Positions 53,690 to 64,000 of a stretch of 64,000 nucleotides of DNA are shown in pieces. The first letter of the stretch is position 1. The number at the start of each line of letters is the position of its first letter. Made by a program: the position numbers and the translations under genes. Under the pieces are notes generated by a model. The model was given only the letters and a program-made list of their open reading frames with translations, was not told the DNA's origin and did no database searches. This stretch comes from Octopus vulgaris (taxonomy: Eukaryota). The DNA is taken from assembly GCA_951406725.2 (NCBI GenBank), contig OX597814.1, positions 26,474,001 through 26,538,000 on the forward strand, read 5' to 3'.

Positions 53690-54085
53690 TGATCTGGCTC
53701 CCATGCCTGTAGCATGTAAAAAGCACCATTCAAGTGTGGTCAATGTCATTGCTGGCTGACTGGTCCCATGCCAGTGGCGCATAAAAAGCATCATTCAAGT
53801 GTGGTCATTGCCAGTACTGCCTGACTAGCTCCCACACCGGTGGCATGTAAAAAGCACCATTCAAGCATGGTCGATGCCAGTACTGCCTGACTGGCCCTTG
53901 TGCTGGTGGCACGTAAAAAGCACTCACTACACTTTCGGAGTGGTTGGCATTACGAAGGGCAACCAGCTGTAGAAACTCTGCCAGATCAGGTTGGAGCCTG
54001 GTGCAGCCTTCTGGCTTGCCAGCTCTCAGTCAAATCATCCAACCCATGCCAGCATGGAATGCAGACGATAAACGACAATGATGAT
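53690..54085 (+). mobile_element. V-domain SINE with four internal ~59-bp tandem repeats
   Basis: Repeated GGCATGTAAAAAGCACCATTCAAG..CTGACTGG, then GGTTGGCATTACGAAGGGCAACCAGCTGTAGAAAC, then a tail of ACGACAATGATGATG. Confidence 0.88.
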
Positions 54086-54089
54086 GTGT

Positions 54090-54305
54090 GTGTGTGTATT
54101 TGTGTTATGTGTTTGTCCCCCTCACCATTACTTGACAACCAATGTTTGTGTGTTTATGTCCCTGTAACTTAGCAGTTTTGCAAAAGAGTCTAATAGAATA
54201 AGTACTAGGCTTACAAAGAATAAGTCCTGGGGTCAATTTATTTGACTAAAGGCAGACTAAAGGGCTGCAGTCAAGATGACTGAAACAAATAAAAGAATAA
54301 AAGAA
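54090..54305 (+). mobile_element. OR-like SINE 3' half
   Basis: GTTTGTCCCC..CTTGACAACC..GTCCCTGTAACTTAGCAG..AGAATAAGTACTAGGCTTACAAAGAATAAGTCCTGGGGTC..ATGACTGAAACAAATAAAAG. Confidence 0.88.
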
Positions 54306-54310
54306 TATAC

Positions 54311-54360
<50 letters not shown>

Positions 54361-55172
54361 TTTGGGTCCCATCCCTTAATTATCCCTTAGTTATGCAGCA
54401 ACCATCAAACTTAGTATAATTAATGAATGGAAAACAGAAGAGAATGAGAAGAATACTTAAACATGGTAGAGTTTTATTGAAAAGCTCAATAGCTTTGTAT
54501 ACTCCAATGCAGAAAGTATGATTAGTGTTGAAATAGTTAGGCTATAACAGAAGTTATATTGCAGTGAACTTTTGTTGAAAGCCAACAGAACTACATTTAG
54601 AACTACATATATTTAGCAATTTGTTTCAGTAAAATCAAAGATTTTTTAAAAATCCAAACATTTTATTCTCCCCTTTCCACCAACACTATGTTCTTTTCTT
54701 TCTTTTACTCAATCCAGTTTCTGGATTTACTTCATTAATTCATTCATTTTTGTTTGTTTTTCCTTCATTTTATTTCAGTTTCTTTATATTTTCTGCATAC
54801 CAATCTTCAAAAGCTGTAAACCTGTAATTTGATTCGACCATTCTTAGAAGATAATTTTAAGAAGTGAATTTTACTAGATCTTGTACGTTTCAACTCTGAA
54901 TGTTCTCACATACTTACAGACATCTGTAGAAATACTCATACATATGCTGGAAGAAATATAGACACATTTAACTGGCAATTATTTTGCCTTATACAGACTC
55001 TTTAGCTTTGTTGATCATTTGCCAAATCAAGAATGTGATTCAATTTATTTTAAAAAAGTATTTTCATTTTTATTTTATTTTTACTTTATTTTTAAAGATA
55101 TATATTTAAAAATAGAAAATACAAAAACACATTTTGGGTATAAAATGAAGTAAAAGAAATTCCTTCACGTCA

Positions 55173-55253
55173 TTCTTCTTCTTCTTCTGCTTCTGCTGCT
55201 GCTGTTTCTGCTTCTTTCTCTCCCCCTCTTCCTTATTTTTCAGTTTCTGCATC

Positions 55254-55284
<31 letters not shown>

Positions 55285-55366
55285 CTTCTTCTTCTTCTTC
55301 TTCTTCTTCTGTTTCTGCTTCTTTCTCTCACCCTCTTCCTTATTTTTCAGCTTCTGCTTCTTCATC

Positions 55367-55397
<31 letters not shown>

Positions 55398-55425
55398 CTT
55401 CTTCTTCTTCTTCTTCTTCTTCTTC
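55173..55425. repeat. (CTT)n region with a ~107-bp tandem duplication
   Basis: CTGTTTCTGCTTCTTTCTCTC.CCCTCTTCCTTATTTTTCAG occurs at 55202 and 55309, each followed by (CTT)n. Confidence 0.9.
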
Positions 55426-55785
55426 TCCTGCCCCTTGTCTTCTTCTTTTCCTTCGTCATCATCATTATAGTTGTGATGAAGAGGTGGTTGAGTGATTTGT
55501 GATTTCCTTCTTAATCTCTCATTATCTCTCTTGCCTTCCCCCTCTGTTTACTACTACCTCTTTTCATATGCCTTTACCATGATCATTGTTAATAAATTTA
55601 TTGTATCTCTTATTTAATAAATGCCTACAAGTTCATTTTAAAAGAAAATGTAAACAAAATCATTGAGACAAAATACCAAACAAAATTAATCTTCTGTAAA
55701 AATCTTAAAGAAATCTTTTTAAAAATATACTATCTTTGTAATATTTACAGCTATTATCATATTTTGCTCTTCTTGAAACATTATG

Positions 55786-55830
<45 letters not shown>

Positions 55831-58445
55831 GCTTGTTGTTTTATGAACCTTTATCATTGTTCATTTGTTTTTCTAAATTCATTTCTTTCACACTGAATTT
55901 TGTTAGAATCAGAAAAAGGTGTAAACATCCTAACTGCAAAGATTTTAATATTCTCAATTGTTTTTGGCAACTTAAAACTATTAACTTCAAGAATAAAAAT
56001 ATAATCTTACAAGTTCTTCATTTAGTGGAGGCAAAATTACTTGTTACTATACAAGCCATGATTAAAATCTGAATTAGTTATTGGTACACAAAAATTTATT
56101 GAAAAATATTGATGATTCATAAGATTGTAAATCCATAATTCTAGTTGCATGCATTGTTATGAAGAGATATTAGTTGAGGTTGAGTACTCTGTTGCAACCA
56201 CTGCATTCTCTGCACAGAATAGATACTATTCTACTTGTTTCCATTTCATTAGTTGTTAAAAAAATAGGAAACAGTATATTATTTCAATCTTCCATCACCA
56301 TATGCACTTAAAACTCAAAACATAACAATAATTCCACTTAAATGATGAACTTATCAGCCATACATGGAGACCAGAAGCTATGTTGAAATAGATATTTGAC
56401 AAATCTTGTTACATTTAAACAATCATGTTCTATAATCTAAGCAACAATGTTTTTTTTAAAAAAAGGCTCCTTGTACTGAGTAAAAGCAAAATGACTTATT
56501 TCAAAATATTATGTCAACTAATTTCTATTTGAAGACTTCATGGGGTACAGTTAAAGTGATATTTCCAGGGAAGGGATATAGCTCAAAGTGATCGTAAACT
56601 AAATTTGTATTTGTATGAACCTCAAACTGTTTTCCTTTCTAATATCAAGAGTTATTGTTTTCATGCTTTCATTCTGTGTCTTATTTTTTTTTTATTACTA
56701 TTAAACCAGCACCCAGAACTCTGTTGCTTGCAACTATATGTAAATAAATGTTCTAGGATATTTTATCAAGCTTTTGTATATTTGAGGCAGGCTAAAATGT
56801 CCAAATTTTCTCTTCCCATAGCACAGAAAACTTTTCTTTAATGAATTTTATTAAATTTTCTGCTGCAACAAACCATTATTAGTTTCCTCAAGCTCTAAAT
56901 TTTCTCTATATATTTCTGTTTACATTTCAAAATAAGTGCAATAGGCTAATATATAAAATACTTAGATGTGAGTGACTAAAAATATGAGAAACCTTGTGAG
57001 AATGTATTTCTAACTTCTTATATCACTGCTATTAATTACAAATACATATATACCACTTTTCAAGATTTTTTTAAAGTGAATCACTGAGATATATGTTACA
57101 TCTCTTCTTTCATACAAATCTCTAGTAATACTTACATGAAATATTACAGTGTGTGAAATTTAATCTGATAAGTGCTTTTCTTTTTTTGCTTCTATTTATA
57201 TATTTTACATTTGTTTTTGTTATGGTCTTAGCTTTTAGATAAATATAATGGTTGACTCACTCTTTACTGCAAAACAAGATTCTGAAATGATTTGTTCAAT
57301 TTCTCCATACTACCTTAGCAGTAATTATCAATACAGTGTCTTCTTCATTGAACTGTAAATATTTGCATCAAATAACCATCAATCATCAAATTAATGATAA
57401 TCACACCTTTCTTGTTTTGCTTGTGCAATCATTGTAGTTTTTATCTCACAATTTGTTCACAAAGCAGCCATTTAGATGACAATCTCTCAAGTCCATTTAT
57501 GCTAGCATTTGTTAGTGCCATCAATGTTATCTACCACTACCAGCATTTGCACTGTTATTAAAATACGTTTGCTTCAGTTTACAATGTAGTTTTCATGATA
57601 ACCTATCAATTTATTTTATCTATATATTTTATCTATATAGTGCCGTCAAATTATTCTTTGTATTTAGTACACATTCAAGTTCTGAATATGACTTTAAATA
57701 ACAGTAACTTTGTTTTTACAATATTTTTTAAAATCCAGTATTCAAATTTTTAAATAGTTTCTTTATTTGTAGTTTACTTTTTATTTTCTGTCATTCATGC
57801 AACTTCAAATAATTAACACTCAAATTATGATATAGGAAATTTGCTACATTATTTATGAATTCAGTCTCTCTATTAACTTCAAAGAAAAAGTATTGAAAAT
57901 CCAGTTTTTCTGGAAAATTATTAAGTTTTCTTTTGTGCTCATATTATCCTAAGAATCAATAGGTACTGAGAACTTTCTGAGAGCAAGATAATTTTACAAA
58001 AATTTATTATGTTAAAAGTAATGTTACAGCAATTAAAATTGCTTGTTAGTAAGAACTTATATTTATAATTTCATGGAATTAATTGCTAGTAAACAAAATA
58101 AACTGCTGGCTAGAATTGATCTAAAATCAATATATTCAATAATGGCTTTCTTACTCTGTTTATTAAAATCACTAGTCATATGGTACAAATTAACAAGATT
58201 ATTAAGCTATGATTTAAAAGGACAAAATTTGTATCTGAACTTATTTAATTATATATATTATTACTTTAATATTATTAGTAAATTATATTGTTGTTTTTTA
58301 CCAAATTCATCATACCTATTATTCGCTCAGAAAGTAGTTATAGTTTTGATAATGTATGGAATGGTATTTTTAAGTTAAAAGTGCAAAGTATTCATAGATT
58401 AATTTTATTCTTTGAACTGAGGCCACCATTTTTAAGATTCTATAC

Positions 58446-58760
58446 TAGTAGTTCCCAACCTTATTTTGCTTGTAGACCCCCTGAGAGCTATCTCATCATC
58501 TGTGGACCCCATATATGCACATATAAATTTTTGAAATTTATTTGTTTGTAGGTTAGTAAAAACTAACAACGAAACAATTTTGTTATATTCATAACATAAA
58601 GGCCAAACGCAAATCTTGAAAATTTCAATGAATACAGGTACCTCTCTTAGTAAACAAAATTTATATATGGACCTACAAATTACAATCTTTTACTTGTGGA
58701 CCACCTTATAGCTTCTGTGGATCTCTGGGGATCCATGTGGATCCTGGTTTGGAACCTCTG
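58446..58760. mobile_element. hAT MITE
   Basis: TIRs TAGTAGTTCCCAACC / GGTTTGGAACCTCTG with GGACCCC subterminal motifs. TSD TTCTATAC / TTTTATAC (one mismatch). Confidence 0.8.
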
Positions 58761-59238
58761 TTTTATACTAACTGATATATCCCAAGATTTTGTTAATCTC
58801 AAAATATTGATAGGCAAAATTAACCTTCAGAAAGAGTTGAAAAGATATGAGGTACCTGAAAAGAATGTAAAAAGACGTGACTAAAGAGTGGAAAAGATAT
58901 ATGCCGTCTATGATTCTACCAATTTATTTCCATAAATTTATATCACTGACAGAAGCAGAATCAGCACAACATAAAAAAAAAAACGGGGAGAAGGCCATGT
59001 ATATTTGGTTTCATTTCAGCAACATTTCAGGTTTATTTTACCATACAATCTTACAAAACACTAAATATCATTAGAAAATATATATTGTGCCCAATATAAC
59101 CACTAAAACTACTTTATATAACCATTTGTATCAAATGTGTGTATGTTTAGTTGGTTATATTGAGGATTTATATACGTATGGGTGTGTGTGTGTGTGTGTA
59201 TGAATGAATGCATGTATTTACATACTCTTACTTAGTCA

Positions 59239-60604
59239 AGTAGTATATTCTTGATTATGGTATGTAACATTACCAAAGGTTTTGTATCAATTATTGCATT
59301 TGGAAATATAGACGACTTATCAAACATGCTAACTGGAAGCAAATAGTCTCTTTAGCTTCTAGAAGCACATAGCCTTACTGATAGCGGTAAATATACAGTC
59401 TAGATCAGTTTGGTAGTGGAAAAAAAGACCAAAAAATCCTGTCTGAGTGGGTTTGTACAGTTCCAGCCATAGCTGAAGTAAGTCAGCTATGCCTGTCTAT
59501 GCTTTTTCTTTTCTAAAGTCTGCAAACGAGGAAGACCAAGTTTCCAATATTAATTTTCTCTCATGAGGGCAGCAGCTAAAATTTTCACTTTTTAAATTCA
59601 AGAAGGTACCTGAATTGTGCAAGTGATTTAGGATTGTTTTTCAGCTAAGCAAAATTTGACCATCTGTTTCCATTGGCCTGGGGTGTTTCAGCAGCTTCTA
59701 GTATATTTTGTATGGCATGCCCTTCTCTTTTAATCACTGGCTAATATTTTAATGTGGCACCTCCCTGGGATCCTAAAAAGGATCAGTGGCTATATTGCTA
59801 GGCCTTAAATGAGCTCCTGTTGCTCCAACATATTTCCACATGTGTGTCATTTCATTGCTGCTGCTACTGTTGGACATGACCTCTGTTTCATAAACTACAG
59901 CCACAGTGTTGCAGTAATCAGTCACTGGACACTCTACAAACCAGAAGTGGTGTCAAAGAGTTGCAGCAGCAACATAAGGACGCACACATACGGAAATATG
60001 TTATGGCTACAAAGAGTCTGTTTGAAACTAGGCCAAATAACCACAGGTTCACTTTTAGGATCCCAGAGAGACACAACAACATTAGCCAGTTATATATCAC
60101 ACTTAAAACAGGCAAGAACTGGAAAATGCTGGAACAACCTGGGCCATACCTCAAAGGAAGCAAATAGTGCAAGCTTTGCTTAGCTGAAAAAACAATGATC
60201 CTAAAAAATTTGCACAATCCAGGTCCTTTCTTGAATTGAAAAAGTGAGCTTTTTAGCTGTTGCCCTCAAAACAGAAAATTGTATTTGGAAACTTGGTCTT
60301 CCATATTTGTAGACTAAAGAACCTGAAAAGCACATGCAAGCACAGCTGACCCACTCTGGCCACTGCTGAAATTATACAAGGGGAAGCAACTTTTTATTTC
60401 TTCTGAGAAAGGGTTTTTTGGTTTGTTTTTGTTTTTCCTACAACAAACATGACCAAGCCAGTAAATTTACATTTATCAGTAAAAAAGGGTATGTGCTTCT
60501 GGGCAACATATGGTGAGTATTTTATATTCCAGAATGCAATAGTAGATGTGAAACCAATGGTAACTTTCTGACCAGTTATATACCATAGTGAAGAATCTAC
60601 TGCT
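59239..60604. mobile_element. Old fold-back / non-autonomous DNA element with ~470-bp degenerate inverted arms
   Basis: Arms ~59239-59702 and ~60118-60604. Matching blocks: GGAAGACCAAGTTTCCAA/TTGGAAACTTGGTCTTCC, TTTTTCAGCTAAGCAAA/TTTGCTTAGCTGAAAAA, AGAAGCACATA/TATGTGCTTCT. Confidence 0.8.
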
Positions 60605-60807
60605 CAGTTACATAAAATAACTGCTCCAAATTTCTTTTAGAATGTGCTTTTTCTGAGTTACAGAGAACTGAGTGACATATATATATTCTTTTTCCTGAAT
60701 TTGTGTAAATGTGTTTAGAATAGGATATCAGTTGAATAAAGTTACAACATGGTCTGGTTTTCACGTTATTATTTTTGCATTAAAAAATTTTTTTATGATG
60801 TTGAAGT

Positions 60808-61230
60808 GTATTAAACATCAAAAAATATTTAGTTATGTTCATAAAGTTCAATTAGCACCTTCATACTTTTGTAGTAATCATTAGATTTAAAAATGTATTA
60901 ATTGACAGTTGAGCTGAGTGCTTGACAACTGTAGCAAAATAAGTGACTTCTTCCTTTTTATACCTTTTGGAAGGCTCCAACAAGCCAAAGTTTTTTAATA
61001 CAGTTTTGACCAGTCAGCATGCTGCTTAAACATCATGTTTCATGATTGGCAAATTTGTTGGAGCCTTCTAAAAGGTATAAAAAGGAAGAAGTCAGTCATT
61101 TTACTGCAGTTGTCAAGCACACACCTCAACTGTCATTTAACACATTTTGAAATCTGATGATTACTACAAACATATGGAAGTGCTAATTGAACTTTATGAA
61201 CATTACTAAATATTTTTTAATATTTAACAC
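60808..61230. mobile_element. Palindromic MITE-like element, ~176-bp arms
   Basis: Arms 60808-60983 and 61055-61230, e.g. TGACTTCTTCCTTTTTATACCTTTTGGAAGGCTCCAACAA versus TTGTTGGAGCCTTCTAAAAGGTATAAAAAGGAAGAAGTCA. Confidence 0.9.
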
Positions 61231-62064
61231 AGTAGGTACCCAGGATCAAGAGTAACTATAAGAAGAATGCAAGATAATTTTTCTGATAGTGAAACTGTAG
61301 TGATGAAGATAAACATAATGACGATGATGATATATGTATAATGTCTGCATACTTGTATGAAAAGTCAAGCATGCACACAAGCAACATACACCATAATGAG
61401 TTGGCAGTGAAGGCCCATAAGTTTATTTTGATTCCTTGTAGATGCCATCCGTTTCATGTTACTATTGTTCCTCAGAAAAGCATAATCATCACACTTATCA
61501 GAAATTTCTAAGATGAGGAAAAATCACAGCTACATGTTTTCATGGTATATTCTGACACTATCATAACAAGCCCAAACTGGGGGCAGATACTGCTATATTA
61601 TCTTTGAAAAGGAATAAACATACATATGCACACATACATTGCACAATATATATATATTAACTTTCACACAAAAGAAAATAATATAGTTTTATCATATTAA
61701 GAAACACACACACATTTATATATATGTGCATGTGCACACACACATGCAGATATACATATTCAGAAATGAATTTGAATTATAAACTAGAAGTAAATATTGT
61801 AAAATATCTACAAATGTGTTCTCACTAAAAATATTTGTTTAAAATGAAATTCAAAGAAACTTTCTAAACTTCAAGCCTTAATCAATAACATGATCTCATT
61901 ACTTCCTTTTTTCTTCAGTGTTCTACATAAAATTTAAATATTTCTAATCCCACTGTGAGCATATATATATTCTGCACAACTCCATAACTGAATGACAATA
62001 CGTTCTATTGAGTTGTATTTTTTATCTACAGTTACAGTTGTATCTCTTTCTCTCCCCTCTCTCA

Positions 62065-62106
<42 letters not shown>

Positions 62107-64000
62107 ATATACATACATACACACATATATATCATATATATATATATATTGTGCACGTCTGCAACAGATTTTTCTTGTACAAAAGCAGTGTGCATATTGT
62201 TCCATGTATATTTATTACATTGGTTATAGATATTTGTGTATGTTAAATTTTATTTTTTATTTTATTTTAGACCTGTATGAATTTAAAATTTTAACAAAAC
62301 ATACATATATGTGCATGTATGTATGTGTATGTATATGTATGTACGTTATTTCATACTCATCTCTTCTATTTGTACCCCTTTTGAATACACAACAAAGGAA
62401 TATTTATCAAAAGAGAAATGAGGGATTTCTCTAAAAGTTAATGTTCTTTTCCTTTTATGAATTTAGTGATTGTTTTAATTTTTATTTATTTGAAATCTTC
62501 AAATGTGATTTGTCTTTTTTTTCCTCCTCTTGTTTTTCTGTTACACAATATCTCAGATATTGAAAAGACCAAATAAGAATTTTTATTTAGAACAATGGCT
62601 TTATTTAATATTTTTCTTTTTCAATAAAAGTTAAGGACTGCTCATTTTATAATAATGGAATTTAATATGTTACTTCTGAAATACTTTAAAGTATAATAAT
62701 CCTTTGAGTAGGAAATACTTGGTATTATTTTCTCAGACAGGATAATTCTATAGAATTTGATTTCTTTCTTAGATGTGGAAACAGATTAAGCCATTTTCCC
62801 AATACCCTTTTCCATACTTTTATGACAGTGAACTAATTCTATGGATTTATCTTTAAACATAGCCTCAAGTTAAAGTGTATATAAAATAAATGCATTGATT
62901 CAAAAGCATTTAGCTGCGTGTAGTTTTATTTGGATAAGACAGACTAGGGTTTGAAGGATTTGAACTAAAATTCACCCCAAATATCTGAACAAAAGAAAGT
63001 CCTAATTGAAGAGTTATTAGACTGGTACAAAGTACAGTTCAGATATTATAGAAAAGCGAAGTTGATTACTTCTTTCTTCAGAAAAGGGATATTTTGGTTA
63101 TCTAACATCTCATACAACTGTCAACTACTAATTATGCTTTACTGCTTTACTATTGACATCATTGTGATTATTTTCCCTACTCATTCTTTTTCTCATGATA
63201 ACATAGTTGAAATGGTTCTCTTTAATTGCTTTGCTCAACCCAGTCATGTCTCAATCTCATATCTCTAAAATTGGTCCTAATTGCCTGATTCCATGTTTTT
63301 ATAAACCAACTACAACTCTAATTGTGTCTGACCAGCAAACAATGAAGTTTGTTTACCCAGTTCACATTATCTGCTCTTGTCAGCTTCTCACTGGATTGCG
63401 ATCTATTTTTCTCTCTTCAACAAATATTACTTGATATTCTTATTGTCAAGAGACTTAATGACTCTGAATTACTGAATAACTCACAAATCATCTTGCACAT
63501 TAAATACGGCATGTATTTTCAATGATCCAGAATGTCCTATATTAATATAATCAAGAAAATATATTTAATGTGTTCCTTGTTGACTTATTTAGAATGTTTG
63601 TTTATGTATTTTAAAGTAATATTATCCTTTCATATAACTATATGTATAGAGAAACTAAATAAACATTTGCATAAATAATTAACTTTTTAATTAAAGTTAT
63701 TTACATATTGTCTAAGTTCAGTTTCAAGTTACACTTATTATAACTTTATATATAGGTTTAATACATTAAATCCATATTCTACATAATGACTAAATATTTC
63801 AAAACCTTCATAAAAGTTTCAATTCCTAATCACTGGTAAAATACAAGGTCAGAAACTAGCAATACATTTTATTTGACCAATTATACTGCATTAGATTTTT
63901 AGCAGAACTGTAAATGCAAGATGTATCGTCAGATTTGATAGCTAAAGCTGAAGGTATATCATTTATATTCAGCAAAACTATAACAAAAACAAACTCTAGT

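Noticed and set aside
59809-60217. ORFs in the core of the fold-back element as a transposase
   Set aside because: They are short, overlap on both strands, and show no DDE, HTH or zinc-finger motif.
61150-61180. CTGATGA..CAAACATATGG as another hammerhead
   Set aside because: There is no GAAA and no stem II, and the motif is not kept in the opposite arm.
61442-61545. Strong plus-strand acceptor (TTTATTTTGATTCCTTGTAG) as a coding exon
   Set aside because: All three frames hit stops before a plausible donor.

Overview
This is eukaryotic, very AT-rich, non-coding DNA dominated by microsatellites ((TA)n, (CA)n, (AAT)n, (CAT)n, (CTT)n). The SINE families point to a coleoid cephalopod, most likely Octopus (recognised from memory, no database search). 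No intact protein-coding gene can be supported, and almost all ORFs in the track are microsatellite or low-complexity artefacts. Supported content: (1) many tRNA-headed SINEs, including OR-like, Meta/MESC-domain and V-domain types; (2) fossil LINE pieces of the RTE, R4/Dong and CR1-like clades; (3) three hAT MITEs with 8-bp target-site duplications (TSDs) plus a fourth with a triplicated end; (4) at least seven long inverted-repeat (fold-back) elements. The most interesting signal is hammerhead ribozymes (HHRs) in these palindromes. A near-canonical type I HHR sits in the loop of a young 372-bp palindrome (51699-51742, minus strand). A divergent pair of type I HHRs with an enlarged stem II occupies the arms of the 296-831 palindrome, and a variant HHR-like pair lies at 20678-20877. 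This suggests Penelope-like or retrozyme-like elements. All structures were paired by eye, and repeat boundaries are approximate.
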